A stretch of DNA of 40,347 nucleotides from Anaerolineae bacterium. GTDB lineage: Bacteria > Chloroflexota > Anaerolineae > B4-G1 > SLSP01. The stretch lies in NCBI GenBank assembly GCA_016926915.1, contig JAFGNR010000228.1, positions 1 to 40,347 of the forward strand, written 5' to 3'. Under the pieces are notes generated by a model. That model was not told the origin of the DNA. It did no database searches and saw nothing but the letters and a program-made list of their open reading frames with translations. Positions 1 to 8,714 of this stretch are shown here, piece by piece (positions within the stretch are counted from its first letter, which is position 1; every line of letters begins with the position of its first letter). The translations under genes were made by a program, and so were the position numbers.

Positions 1-600
1 CGCGAGCGGTCGGTGCTGGACATCGGCGCGGCGTTCTGGTTGGGCTTCGGTAAGTCGTCTGGCGGACCGGTGGAGTTGCAGGTGCTGAGCGAAGAGGTCG
101 CGCTCGCGGATCGTTGGATCGGCTACGCGGAGCCAGGCACGTTGGTGCGGACCAATCCGGCCGGCAAGCCGACGTTGTTCGGCGACATCGCGGGGACGTT
201 GGAAGGACGGATTGCGGCCATTCTGCTGCTGCTGAAGCAGGGGCGGCGCGAGGAGCTCATGTTGGAGGTGCAGAACGCGGTCAAGGCTGCGACGCGGAGT
301 TATGCGCGGGGTGGCCAGTACGCGGGGCATGTCTGGCGCGCGATCTGGCAGGGCGCGGCGCAGCGGTTGGGGCCGATCGGACGGCAAACCAGGCCGGTGC
401 GTTGGGTGCTCGATCCGGTGGCGGAGCATTGCCGGCAATGTCAGGAGTTTGGAGCCGATCCTCCAGGGCGAACGTATCCATCGTGGGATGCGCTGCTGTC
501 GTTCACGGGTGGCATTCTGCCGGGCTTCGGGACCGACTGCAACGGTAACTGTCGGTGTCACGTCGAGGTCGAGAACGGCGATGTGTGGGGGTGGCTATGA
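1..600 (+). CDS. Phage minor head/morphogenesis protein (MuF/SPP1 gp7-like), 5' truncated by the window
   Basis: Frame open from base 1; C-terminal W...HCxxC...P...CNGNCRC motif typical of MuF-like proteins; upstream of the protease and capsid genes. Confidence 0.7.
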   Translation, partial: RERSVLDIGAAFWLGFGKSSGGPVELQVLSEEVALADRWIGYAEPGTLVRTNPAGKPTLFGDIAGTLEGRIAAILLLLKQGRREELMLEVQNAVKAATRSYARGGQYAGHVWRAIWQGAAQRLGPIGRQTRPVRWVLDPVAEHCRQCQEFGADPPGRTYPSWDALLSFTGGILPGFGTDCNGNCRCHVEVENGDVWGWL

Positions 601-803
601 GTGATATGAGTGAGCGGAAGACGTTTCTGCTGCAGGTGCCTCGCGATGCCAGTGCATTCCTGAATCGTGTTCTCGCACTGCCGGCCGGGATTCACACGAT
701 CACGTTGGTGAAATCTGACAGCGGTGCGGCGGGGTTGGTCGGCTGGACTGTGGTCGAGGGGCGGCTGGAGATGGCGCGGCCTCGGGAACAGGAAAGCGGT
801 TGA
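597..803 (+). CDS. Small hypothetical phage protein
   Basis: ATGA overlap with the upstream stop; 68 aa. Confidence 0.55.
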   Translation: MSDMSERKTFLLQVPRDASAFLNRVLALPAGIHTITLVKSDSGAAGLVGWTVVEGRLEMARPREQESG

Positions 804-832
804 CTGTGGTCATTTCTGACGTCTATACAGGC

Positions 833-851
833 AGAACGTTTGTGCTAAACT
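833..851 (+). promoter_or_regulatory. Possible LexA box (GAAC-N4-GTTC type, one mismatch) overlapping an extended -10 element
   Basis: AGAAC-GTTT-GTGCT at 833-846 overlapping TG-c-TAAACT at 843-851. Confidence 0.35.
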
Positions 852-861
852 GATGGTGTAG

Positions 862-1012
862 CTCCTGCCGCGGGCCTGGCGTAGGCTTTCACGAGTTTGC
901 GCCAGGCAACCGGGCGGGAGAGGCCCAGGAACGATATATTTTTGTCCGCTTGCGGACATTCTTTTGGGAGACACGGGCCGGTGCTGCGAGGTTGCAGTGC
1001 CGGGCCCGTGTC
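862..1012 (+). ncRNA. Candidate structured RNA/leader with three hairpins
   Basis: Hairpins at 862-920, 943-958 (G-CUUG-C tetraloop) and 970-1012; G-U pairs work on the + strand. Confidence 0.4.
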
Positions 1013-1047
1013 GTGTTTTAGAAGTTTTTCAAACATAGGGAGTTATC

Positions 1048-1440
1048 ATGCCAGGTCGCAAGCGGTTGGCGGTGGGTGATGGTGAGTATGCTGATGCGGT
1101 CGCTATCGCAGGGGCAGAGTTATCTACGGTGAATGGGGAAATCGCCAACGGGGCGAAAGTGAGCGGGGCAATCGATTGCGGTGTTGGGCAGGTCCCGGGC
1201 AGGATCGACATCCCGGCGCTAAATGGCGACTACACGCTCACGTTCGACGTTTCTACGGACGGCTTGACGTGGAAGAGCCTGGTTGATGAAAACGGCGAGA
1301 TCTCATTCTCCGACTTGGACGAAGATCAGTCGCTGGTGCTCAAGCCTTCCACCTGGGCCACAGTGCGCTATTTCCGCATCAAGGTTCCGACCGACCAGAC
1401 CGCGAGCCGCACTTTCGTGATCACGACCAGGGCCGTGTGA
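1048..1440 (+). CDS. Hypothetical virion/decoration-like beta-sandwich protein
   Basis: GGGAG RBS; beta-rich with VSTDGLTW...RYFRIK motif. Confidence 0.6.
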   Translation: MPGRKRLAVGDGEYADAVAIAGAELSTVNGEIANGAKVSGAIDCGVGQVPGRIDIPALNGDYTLTFDVSTDGLTWKSLVDENGEISFSDLDEDQSLVLKPSTWATVRYFRIKVPTDQTASRTFVITTRAV

Positions 1441-1441
1441 C

Positions 1442-2089
1442 ATGGGGCTATCTCCAGCGCTCATTTTTGACGAGCCTGCGGCCGCGACTCCCTGGTGGCT
1501 CGCTGATGGTGAGACGCCTTTGATTGCGTATCAACCTAAAGGAGCGGCAAGCAAGGCGGCGTCTCTGATTAACTTGGCGAATCCTGGCACCTATAACGGT
1601 GTTGAGATTGGCTCATTGGTGTGGGATGCCGCAAGCGGATGGACCGGAACCGCGGCGGATTCTGATTCAGTGGTCGATACCGGACTGGTTTGGACCGCTA
1701 ACTATATGATGTTTATCCAGTTTTCGAACTGGACAAGCACCGGGAATCTGGTTGGAGTACAAGGGGGTACAAGCCAGTATGTTTTTCTGGCCTCTTACTC
1801 TGGGCCAACGTTTTACTACTGCAATGGCGGCACAAGTTTTAAGACGGGGACAGTAGCATCGGCGGGTAACTACGCAATGGGCGGCGGAAATGCGTACTAT
1901 AACGGTGTTCCTGATGCGTCTGGATTAGGTGGAACGATGCCCCTGCTCTCTCTCTCTATTTTGGGGAAAAAGATGGCTGGTGTATACGATGACTGTGCTA
2001 CTGCAAGCGTGCAGGCGTTTGCAGTATATTCAGGAGTTTTGTCTGGCGCAACGATTGCGTCAATCGCGACCCGGATGGCAGCGTTATGA
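1442..2089 (+). CDS. Hypothetical Gly/Ser/Thr-rich protein, possibly concanavalin A/LamG-like lectin fold
   Basis: Operonic spacing; YYNG and AFAVYSGVLS...IA C-terminal pattern resembles LamG-like domains. Confidence 0.5.
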   Translation: MGLSPALIFDEPAAATPWWLADGETPLIAYQPKGAASKAASLINLANPGTYNGVEIGSLVWDAASGWTGTAADSDSVVDTGLVWTANYMMFIQFSNWTSTGNLVGVQGGTSQYVFLASYSGPTFYYCNGGTSFKTGTVASAGNYAMGGGNAYYNGVPDASGLGGTMPLLSLSILGKKMAGVYDDCATASVQAFAVYSGVLSGATIASIATRMAAL

Positions 2090-2880
2090 GACGACTTGTT
2101 GTCGTGCTTGTCATACTCTTGATTCTTTCGGCCTGCCGGGCGAGAGAGGTTGAGAGTCTCTATTTGCCCCTTGTAACTTCGGTGCGAATCGAGAAGGCGG
2201 GTATTGGCAGCGATGTGGCGTTACAGCAATGTGGCGATACAGCATATTTCCATGCTGTTTGGTGGTACAACTGGTCGCCACACGCGTTAACCTCAGCACA
2301 TGAGGAGTGTGGGGAGTTTATCCCCATGCTGTTTAGTGTGGGTGATAAATACCATGTACCAGATGACGCTGACAAGCTGTTGGTTTTGAACGAATGTGAC
2401 TGGTGGCAACAGTGCAACATGACGCCGCAAGCAGCAGCGGAGTTCATGCACTGGATCGTTGAGCGCTATCCGCAGTATGACTTGATCGGACCGGCAGCCA
2501 CTGATCGTGAGAGCGGTTGGGAATGGATACAAGAGTTCGGGCGGATATATCGGCGGATGTGCGGAGAGTGGCCTCCCGTTGAGGCTGTGGCGGTGCATTG
2601 CTATTTAGGGACGGCTGAGGCATGCATCCAGCATACGGAGCGTTACATTGATCTGGCTAGGGACTGGGGTGCGGACGGCGTCTGGGTTACGGAATGGCAG
2701 ATGCCGAGCATTGCAGAAGCGCAGGAGGTCCGTAGCTGGCTGGACAATGAACCAGAGGTATTGCGTTGGGCATACTTTGCTGCTAGAAGTTCCTGGGGTG
2801 ACACGTCCAAGCATCTGATTTCACCGCAGGGTTATGAGACCACGTTCGGGACCTGGTTCTCCGAGAGCGGGTTGCCATGA
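2086..2880 (+). CDS. Glycoside hydrolase catalytic-core (GH128-like, clan GH-A) lipoprotein
   Basis: Lipobox LSAC after a hydrophobic signal; WWYNW, EFIPM, LNE (acid/base), AVHCY, VWVTEW (nucleophile) and RWAYF motifs. Confidence 0.8.
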   Translation: MRRLVVVLVILLILSACRAREVESLYLPLVTSVRIEKAGIGSDVALQQCGDTAYFHAVWWYNWSPHALTSAHEECGEFIPMLFSVGDKYHVPDDADKLLVLNECDWWQQCNMTPQAAAEFMHWIVERYPQYDLIGPAATDRESGWEWIQEFGRIYRRMCGEWPPVEAVAVHCYLGTAEACIQHTERYIDLARDWGADGVWVTEWQMPSIAEAQEVRSWLDNEPEVLRWAYFAARSSWGDTSKHLISPQGYETTFGTWFSESGLP

Positions 2881-4280
2881 AAGAGGGGTCCGGGATGCCA
2901 GACTTTATAGACCACAGAGACGACGCGTTCCACGTGACTTTGTTTGGTGATGCTGCAGTTGCGAGGCGAGCACTGTTCGGTGAGCCGGTGCTGATCATGC
3001 CATTAGGCACGTTTCATCGTGGAGGTGAAACGCGGACAGTGGATGAGGCTGTGGTGGCTGAGTTTGTTGACAACTTTGTACATCGTCGTGAGCGTGGCAT
3101 TCGTCGAGACAGGCTGGCTGTTGATATCAACCACGAGGGCGGCGCAGTTGGATGGTACACGGATGTGCTGCAGATGCCTGAGGGCCTGGGGGCCCGGTTC
3201 TCCTGGACGCGGCGAGGGCGCGAAGCTTTGGAAGCTGGTGAGTATGCATATTTCTCGCCGACAGTCTATTGGGCGGTGTGTGACCGGGTCACCGGAGAGA
3301 TCGTCCAGAATCAGTTGGCCGGCGGCGCGTTGACCAATTATCCCTTCTTTGGAGAGGATACGGCGCTTTATGCACAGACCAGACAGGTTTGGTACGCGGC
3401 AACGAGTGAAGACGAGTATCCAGTGAGTGCGTACTTGCTGGTTGAAAATTACAACGATCCAAGAACTTGGAATTTGCGGGTGTTGTCGTGGGAGGGGGGC
3501 GCATTGCGACCAGACCACGATTTGTTGGAAGTGGCTCGCGGGGCGCTGGCACGCTACGCGGGGCAGTTTTCGGAGTCGCAGCTGGCATATGCGCAGCAGC
3601 GGCTAGAGCAACTCTTTTCCCAAGTCAAAGAGGGAGGTCATATGAATAGGAACGGGGAAGGACAAGAAGGCGGCGATCTGCTGCGCGGGGTACGCGAGTT
3701 TTTCTCGCAGTTGGGACGAGCTGCAGGCAGTGAGACGCCGGCGACCGGGCCGGGTGTTGATCCGGAAGCCTTCAGCAATCTGCAGGCCGCCGTTACCATG
3801 ATGCAGGAGCAGATGGGAGTGCAGGCCAACGAGATCCAGATGCTGACGGGCGAACGGGACACCTACCGGTCGCAGGTCGAGACGCTGCAAGCGCAGCTGG
3901 GCGATGTGCAAAACGCCCGGTCTGCGGAGCGTTTCGCGGTGATGGCCGAGGGGTTTGCGCATCTTCCAGTGCAGTTGAGCAATTTGGCATCTCAGCTGCA
4001 GTGGTTGTATGAGCAGGACACTTCGGATGGCGGCCAGCACGTGCAGTTCTTCATGGACTTGCTGCGGAGTGCTGATACGCAGTTCGCCGAGGCTTTCGCG
4101 CAGCGGGGCCATCCTCGCGGACAAGCCGCCAGTGTGATGGCGCAGGTTGAGTCTCTGGTTGCGAAGTACCAGCAGGAGCATCCGAACAGCACTCACGATG
4201 ACGCTTTGAGCGTGGTCTTCCGCGCGAATCCGGCGCTCTACCAGCAGTACACGCAGGACATTGTGGGGGGTGAGCGATGA
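2877..4280 (+). CDS. Mu gpI-like prohead protease fused to scaffold (alternative start 2895)
   Basis: MPLGTF, VDINHE, AVGW, WTxxGxEALxxGEYxYFSP, GALTNxPF motifs; coiled-coil C-terminus. Confidence 0.85.
   Translation: MKEGSGMPDFIDHRDDAFHVTLFGDAAVARRALFGEPVLIMPLGTFHRGGETRTVDEAVVAEFVDNFVHRRERGIRRDRLAVDINHEGGAVGWYTDVLQMPEGLGARFSWTRRGREALEAGEYAYFSPTVYWAVCDRVTGEIVQNQLAGGALTNYPFFGEDTALYAQTRQVWYAATSEDEYPVSAYLLVENYNDPRTWNLRVLSWEGGALRPDHDLLEVARGALARYAGQFSESQLAYAQQRLEQLFSQVKEGGHMNRNGEGQEGGDLLRGVREFFSQLGRAAGSETPATGPGVDPEAFSNLQAAVTMMQEQMGVQANEIQMLTGERDTYRSQVETLQAQLGDVQNARSAERFAVMAEGFAHLPVQLSNLASQLQWLYEQDTSDGGQHVQFFMDLLRSADTQFAEAFAQRGHPRGQAASVMAQVESLVAKYQQEHPNSTHDDALSVVFRANPALYQQYTQDIVGGER
3642..4280 (+). 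CDS. Nested in-frame scaffold protein (Mu gpZ-like) from an internal start
   Basis: Strong GGGAGGT Shine-Dalgarno at 3632-3638 shortly before an in-frame ATG at 3642; Gln/Glu-rich helical product. Confidence 0.6.
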   Translation: MNRNGEGQEGGDLLRGVREFFSQLGRAAGSETPATGPGVDPEAFSNLQAAVTMMQEQMGVQANEIQMLTGERDTYRSQVETLQAQLGDVQNARSAERFAVMAEGFAHLPVQLSNLASQLQWLYEQDTSDGGQHVQFFMDLLRSADTQFAEAFAQRGHPRGQAASVMAQVESLVAKYQQEHPNSTHDDALSVVFRANPALYQQYTQDIVGGER

Positions 4281-4675
4281 CTGCGGTACCACACGGTGCG
4301 GAAATTCGGTTGGGGGTTGAGTCCGGAGAGGACCTGACCGGCGAACAGTTCAAGTTCGTGAAGAAGAATTCATCTGGCAAGCTGGTCAAGATCGCGGCGG
4401 CGACGGACAAGCCGTTCGGCGTCCTCCAGGATAACGACGTGGTATCCGGGCGCATCGGCGAGGTGGTTATTCTGGGGCCGACGTATCTGTCGGCAAACGG
4501 CCAGATCTCGGAAGACGATCTGGTCGGTCCATCGGCTGACGGCCAGGCTGACCCCAAGGTGCCCGGCACGGATACGACGGAATACGTCGCAGGACGCGCG
4601 CTGGAGGCGGCCACGGCTGCCAGCCAGCAAATCATCGCGGTTGTCAACTGCATTACGCCCCATCGGGCAGCTTAG
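4277..4675 (+). CDS. Capsid cement/decoration protein (DUF2190-like)
   Basis: Between scaffold and capsid; FVK...GVLQ...G.ALEAA pattern. Confidence 0.75.
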   Translation: MTAVPHGAEIRLGVESGEDLTGEQFKFVKKNSSGKLVKIAAATDKPFGVLQDNDVVSGRIGEVVILGPTYLSANGQISEDDLVGPSADGQADPKVPGTDTTEYVAGRALEAATAASQQIIAVVNCITPHRAA

Positions 4676-4687
4676 AGGAGGTGAACC

Positions 4688-5680
4688 ATGCCTACTGATC
4701 AGCCTGGTTCTGGTGACGTTCATGTTGACGCTTTGCTGACCAATATGTCGGTCAAGTACAAGAACCTGATTTACATCGCGCGTTCGCTGGCACCCATGGT
4801 GCTGGTGAAAAAGCGTTCGGACATCGTTCCTAAATACGACAAGTCGAACTGGGCACGCGATGAGGCCAAGGAGACCAGCGAGCGCGAGCCGCCGCCTGTC
4901 ATCGGCTACAGCGTCGACACGACGGACAACTACTACTGTCGTGAATACTCTGTGGGTCATTTCGTGGGTGATGCTCGCAAGGCCAACACAGACGCGCCAT
5001 TTGACGCTGACCGTGATGGGATGGAGTTCGTGGTCGATAAGCTCGAAATGAGAAACGAGCGCATGTTTGTGAGTAAGTTCTGGAAAACCGGCGTGTGGGG
5101 TTCTGACGAAATCGGGGGTACCAACTTTACCAAGTGGAGCGTCTATGGCTCCTCCAATCCCGTCATAGATTTACGCGCCGCGATGCGCACTGTGCGACGC
5201 GGTTTGCTAGGCCGAAACGCCAACGTATTGACGCTAGGTGATCTTACCTTCGATATCATCGCTGACCATCCACAACTACTGGAGCGCATTAAATACTCCG
5301 GCAGTAATGACAAACCGGCAATGGTCACCAAGGCTATGATTGCTGCGCTCCTGGGTTTGGAGCGTGTCGAGGTGGGTGTTTCCGTCTACACGGCCAGTGC
5401 ACGGGGTACGGCTGAGGGCGATGTAGTTTATACGCCCAACTGGGATGATGACGCCTTACTCATGTATGTGCCACCGCGACCAGGTCTCGGCGTTCCTGCT
5501 GCGGCCTACACCTTTGTGTGGCAGACGGCTTTTGGCGGCCCGCGTTTCATTAAGCGACGGCGTGACCCCCTCAGCGATAAGGGCGAGTTGATTGAGGGTT
5601 TCGAATACTTCGACCAGCATGTAATCGCTGCTTCTGCCGGGGTCTTCTTCTCTGACGCGGTCGACGCGATTGAAGCTTAG
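4688..5680 (+). CDS. Major capsid protein
   Basis: GAGGAGGT RBS; 330 aa; HVDALLTNMSV.Y.N N-terminus and PVIDL motif typical of lambda-E/Mu-T-like capsids; position. Confidence 0.85.
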   Translation: MPTDQPGSGDVHVDALLTNMSVKYKNLIYIARSLAPMVLVKKRSDIVPKYDKSNWARDEAKETSEREPPPVIGYSVDTTDNYYCREYSVGHFVGDARKANTDAPFDADRDGMEFVVDKLEMRNERMFVSKFWKTGVWGSDEIGGTNFTKWSVYGSSNPVIDLRAAMRTVRRGLLGRNANVLTLGDLTFDIIADHPQLLERIKYSGSNDKPAMVTKAMIAALLGLERVEVGVSVYTASARGTAEGDVVYTPNWDDDALLMYVPPRPGLGVPAAAYTFVWQTAFGGPRFIKRRRDPLSDKGELIEGFEYFDQHVIAASAGVFFSDAVDAIEA

Positions 5681-5688
5681 GAGGTACC

Positions 5689-6012
5689 ATGCCTAATCAG
5701 TACGTAGTGGCATCGCGATCCTTTCAATACGCGCCGGATATGCGCGTCTCGCGGGGACAGGTCTTCAATCTCAAAGGCCTGATAAACGATCCGCTCTTGC
5801 TCAAGTACGGGCATGTGCGGCAGTACGAAGGCACGGCGGAAAGCGTGAAAAAGTTGCCGACGTGCTTGGTGTGTGGCGCGGTTTTCGAGTATGAGTACCT
5901 GCGGGACCGGCATGCTGAGGTTCACGAGATGTCGGCTGCGGAGCGCAAAGAGGCTCAGCGTCAGCGGGCCCATCGAAGCTATGAGCGACGTGTGCTCCAG
6001 GTAGGAGACTGA
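5689..6012 (+). CDS. Hypothetical protein with a C2H2 zinc finger
   Basis: AGGAGGT RBS; CLVCGAVFEYEYLRDRHAEVH (C-x2-C-x12-H-x3-H). Confidence 0.65.
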   Translation: MPNQYVVASRSFQYAPDMRVSRGQVFNLKGLINDPLLLKYGHVRQYEGTAESVKKLPTCLVCGAVFEYEYLRDRHAEVHEMSAAERKEAQRQRAHRSYERRVLQVGD

Positions 6013-6016
6013 CCGA

Positions 6017-6580
6017 ATGGCGTTGACGAATCTGCAGCGCGTGCGTTTGGCCATCGCGGACCGGTTGCGGTTGGTGCTTAACGAGCACTTGGGCACCGGC
6101 GATGGGACCACGCTTCATTTCCAGATGGGTCTGTTTCCGGTTTTGGATGAGACGGACGCGCTGCAGGTCGATGGCGTCGCGCAGGTGCGTGACACGGATT
6201 ACACCATCGAGAACGACGTGGGGCTGGTGACGTTTGCGGCGGCTCCGGCCGATGGCGCGGCGGTGCGGGCGACGTATCGCTGGGCTTCGTTCTCTGATGA
6301 CGAGTTGAACGATCTGCTCAGCGAATACGGCACGGTGAACGCTGCGGCGGCAGCAGCCTTGCGTTGGCTGCTGGCGGATACGGAGCGGTTCATCAAATAC
6401 ACGTTTGGGCAAGAGTCGGTCGACCGGACGGCGGCTCGCAAACAGATCGCGGGGCTGTTGGCCCTTTTGGAGCGGCGGGCTTCGAAGGCGGTGGGCCTGG
6501 TCAAGGCGACGAACGATGACCGGGAAGCGCTCATGTACCCGTTCATCGAGCAGCCGGAGGATTTGGACGATGACGTATAA
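6017..6580 (+). CDS. Putative head-tail adaptor with an inserted GDG...TF..AP..G module
   Basis: Position after capsid; VRLAIAD N-terminus and FSDDEL motif. Confidence 0.65.
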   Translation: MALTNLQRVRLAIADRLRLVLNEHLGTGDGTTLHFQMGLFPVLDETDALQVDGVAQVRDTDYTIENDVGLVTFAAAPADGAAVRATYRWASFSDDELNDLLSEYGTVNAAAAAALRWLLADTERFIKYTFGQESVDRTAARKQIAGLLALLERRASKAVGLVKATNDDREALMYPFIEQPEDLDDDV

Positions 6581-6899
6581 CGGCCGGCTGGATCAGCGAG
6601 TGTTGCGGTGTGGCACCGATTCCGTTGTCGGGGAGCGATTCGCCTTGATCGAGGTCTGGCGGGGTGAGTCGCTGGTGACGCGGTTTCGCGGTCGCCATGC
6701 CGGAGTGAGCCGGTCAGCGTCGTTTCGAGAGTCGGTGCAGGGTCTGGCGGGGGAGGTGCACGAGGTGTTCGTGGCACCGCGGGGCGCCGACGTACGCACA
6801 GAAGACGAGCTGTGGTTAGGCGAGCGTCGCTATCGAGTGGTGCTTGTCGATCCGCAGCCAGGCGGTGCCCTGCAGGTTCTGGTTCAGAATCTCCAGTGA
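6570..6899 (+). CDS. Putative head-closure protein
   Basis: Position; ADVRTEDEL...RRYRV pattern; start chosen at ATG 6570. Confidence 0.6.
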   Translation: MTYNGRLDQRVLRCGTDSVVGERFALIEVWRGESLVTRFRGRHAGVSRSASFRESVQGLAGEVHEVFVAPRGADVRTEDELWLGERRYRVVLVDPQPGGALQVLVQNLQ

Positions 6900-6932
6900 T
6901 GGAGTTACATACTTAAGTAAGAGGGAGGTTTC

Positions 6933-7385
6933 ATGAAGGGTTTCAAGGTTCTATTGGTGTTGATGGTCATCGCCGTGTTGATCGGCGGCATGTTGCTGGC
7001 TCAGCGGCCGGAGCCGACCGAGGCCAGCACAGTGGTGGGGTATACGTCGACCACGTTGGCTGGTGGGACAACGGCCTACACAACCACGGCTTACTCGACG
7101 GCCTATCTCTCTGGGGCTTACGGTCTGGCGCAGGTGCACGGGCTGTCGGCGACGTCGTTGACGACGACCACGGTCACCTATACCCCACAGTTCTCCAATC
7201 AACCGACCACGAGTTGCAGTTCGATCAGTAATTGGTTCGATGCGTCGACTGCTATCACGGCCACCAGCACGGCCAACACCGGAGCCGAGTACTCGGTTGT
7301 AGGGCGATGTTTTCGCGTGAAGATGACGGTGTCCTCGGGTACGTACACACCAACGGTCTACGTGCGCTTCCTCAATCGTGACTAG
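6933..7385 (+). CDS. Secreted or membrane-anchored Thr/Ser-rich protein
   Basis: GGGAGGT RBS; MKGFK plus hydrophobic signal peptide; beta-rich body ending GRCFRVKMTV. Confidence 0.7.
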   Translation: MKGFKVLLVLMVIAVLIGGMLLAQRPEPTEASTVVGYTSTTLAGGTTAYTTTAYSTAYLSGAYGLAQVHGLSATSLTTTTVTYTPQFSNQPTTSCSSISNWFDASTAITATSTANTGAEYSVVGRCFRVKMTVSSGTYTPTVYVRFLNRD

Positions 7386-7394
7386 GAAGGCGTT

Positions 7395-7877
7395 GTGGCG
7401 GAGCACGCTGACCTGTCATCCTTTGCCCTGGCTACGCTGCGGGCGGCAGCGGGGGTCACGGCGTTGGTGGTCGACGGTGCGAGCGGCGTCGTCGAATCCG
7501 GAGATCTCGATGCGCAAACCCTCGAAGCGGCGCAGTTAACGCGTCGCGGCTTGGCTGTGGCCAAGCGAGGCAAGGCGCTGGCGGTGCTCGTCCAGGACCT
7601 GGGTGAGCAGCCGCAGGGAGAGACACGGCAGGCCGCGTGTTCTGTATTCGTCTACGATCGGGGTGCGGGGTACGCCAACATCCGCACGGTACGAGAGGCG
7701 GTGATCACAGCATTGTTACATGAGCCGGTGCGGTTGGTGCGCGGCGCCGGTATTGTCGCGTTGTCCTATTCTGGCAGATCGGGACATCTGCGCTTCGATG
7801 ACTTTGATCTGGATTACGAGCAAATCGATTTCGGGGGGCCGCTGGTCTTTGCGGCCAACCAGGACACTTACAGTTAA
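7395..7877 (+). CDS. Putative tail terminator/completion protein
   Basis: Position just before the tail tube; size. Confidence 0.55.
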   Translation: MAEHADLSSFALATLRAAAGVTALVVDGASGVVESGDLDAQTLEAAQLTRRGLAVAKRGKALAVLVQDLGEQPQGETRQAACSVFVYDRGAGYANIRTVREAVITALLHEPVRLVRGAGIVALSYSGRSGHLRFDDFDLDYEQIDFGGPLVFAANQDTYS

Positions 7878-7889
7878 AGGAGAGTTCCT

Positions 7890-8714
7890 ATGACTCAGAT
7901 TGCATCTGGAGCGGGGTTTCGACGTGTGCAAATCCTGCTGTTGGAAAGCGACAAGACGTTGTCTCCACCGAGTTCTGGAGGAGCCACGGCTACGGAAGGC
8001 TATCACCTGAGCGGCGCGAAGGCGCTGACGCTCAACATCCCGGAGCCGGAGAAGATCAACCATTCCGGCGACGACCGGGTTTTCGCTGCGGACGTGTTGC
8101 CGCCGCGCGAGGCGGTCACGGCCGAGATCCGCACGGGCAAGACGAATCTCACGTTGGATGCTGTCCTGTCTGGCGTGTCGGTGGCCACCATCGGCGAGAT
8201 GAAGTTGATGGGGCGCGGCACCGACCAGCAGGGCGAGGAGCCGCAGGTCTGCATTCTGGCTTATCGCCAGGCGCTGGATACCGATCCTGATTCGGCCACC
8301 TTTGGGGCCCGGCGTTGGGTGTTCGCGCTGATTCCTTCGGCGCGCATCGTGCCAAAAGGTGGGACGATGGAAGAGGGCGGCGCGGATGAGAACGCTTACG
8401 CGGTTTCTCCGACCGTGGTCACGGCCTATCCCTGGGGGCATGCTTTCACTACGGCTGACGAGGGGTGCACCGAGGCGCAGATCATGTGGGGCATCTCGGA
8501 CAATATCCCCTCTATCGCGGTTTGGGAGGGTGATGGTACCACAACCGAGTTCACCATGCCTTCGAACGCGGCCAGCACTGACAAAATGTCGGTGTTCGAC
8601 CCCTCCACTGGCGCAGAGCCTTCCGGGCTTACCAAGGCCGTGGGCGCGTTGACCTTCTCCTCGGCCCCGGCCGATGGCGCGGTCATCATCTGCTTCTATG
8701 AGAAGGCGGCTTAA
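7890..8714 (+). CDS. Major tail tube protein with C-terminal accessory module
   Basis: AAGGAG RBS; position before the chaperone pair; beta-rich acidic protein. Confidence 0.75.
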   Translation: MTQIASGAGFRRVQILLLESDKTLSPPSSGGATATEGYHLSGAKALTLNIPEPEKINHSGDDRVFAADVLPPREAVTAEIRTGKTNLTLDAVLSGVSVATIGEMKLMGRGTDQQGEEPQVCILAYRQALDTDPDSATFGARRWVFALIPSARIVPKGGTMEEGGADENAYAVSPTVVTAYPWGHAFTTADEGCTEAQIMWGISDNIPSIAVWEGDGTTTEFTMPSNAASTDKMSVFDPSTGAEPSGLTKAVGALTFSSAPADGAVIICFYEKAA

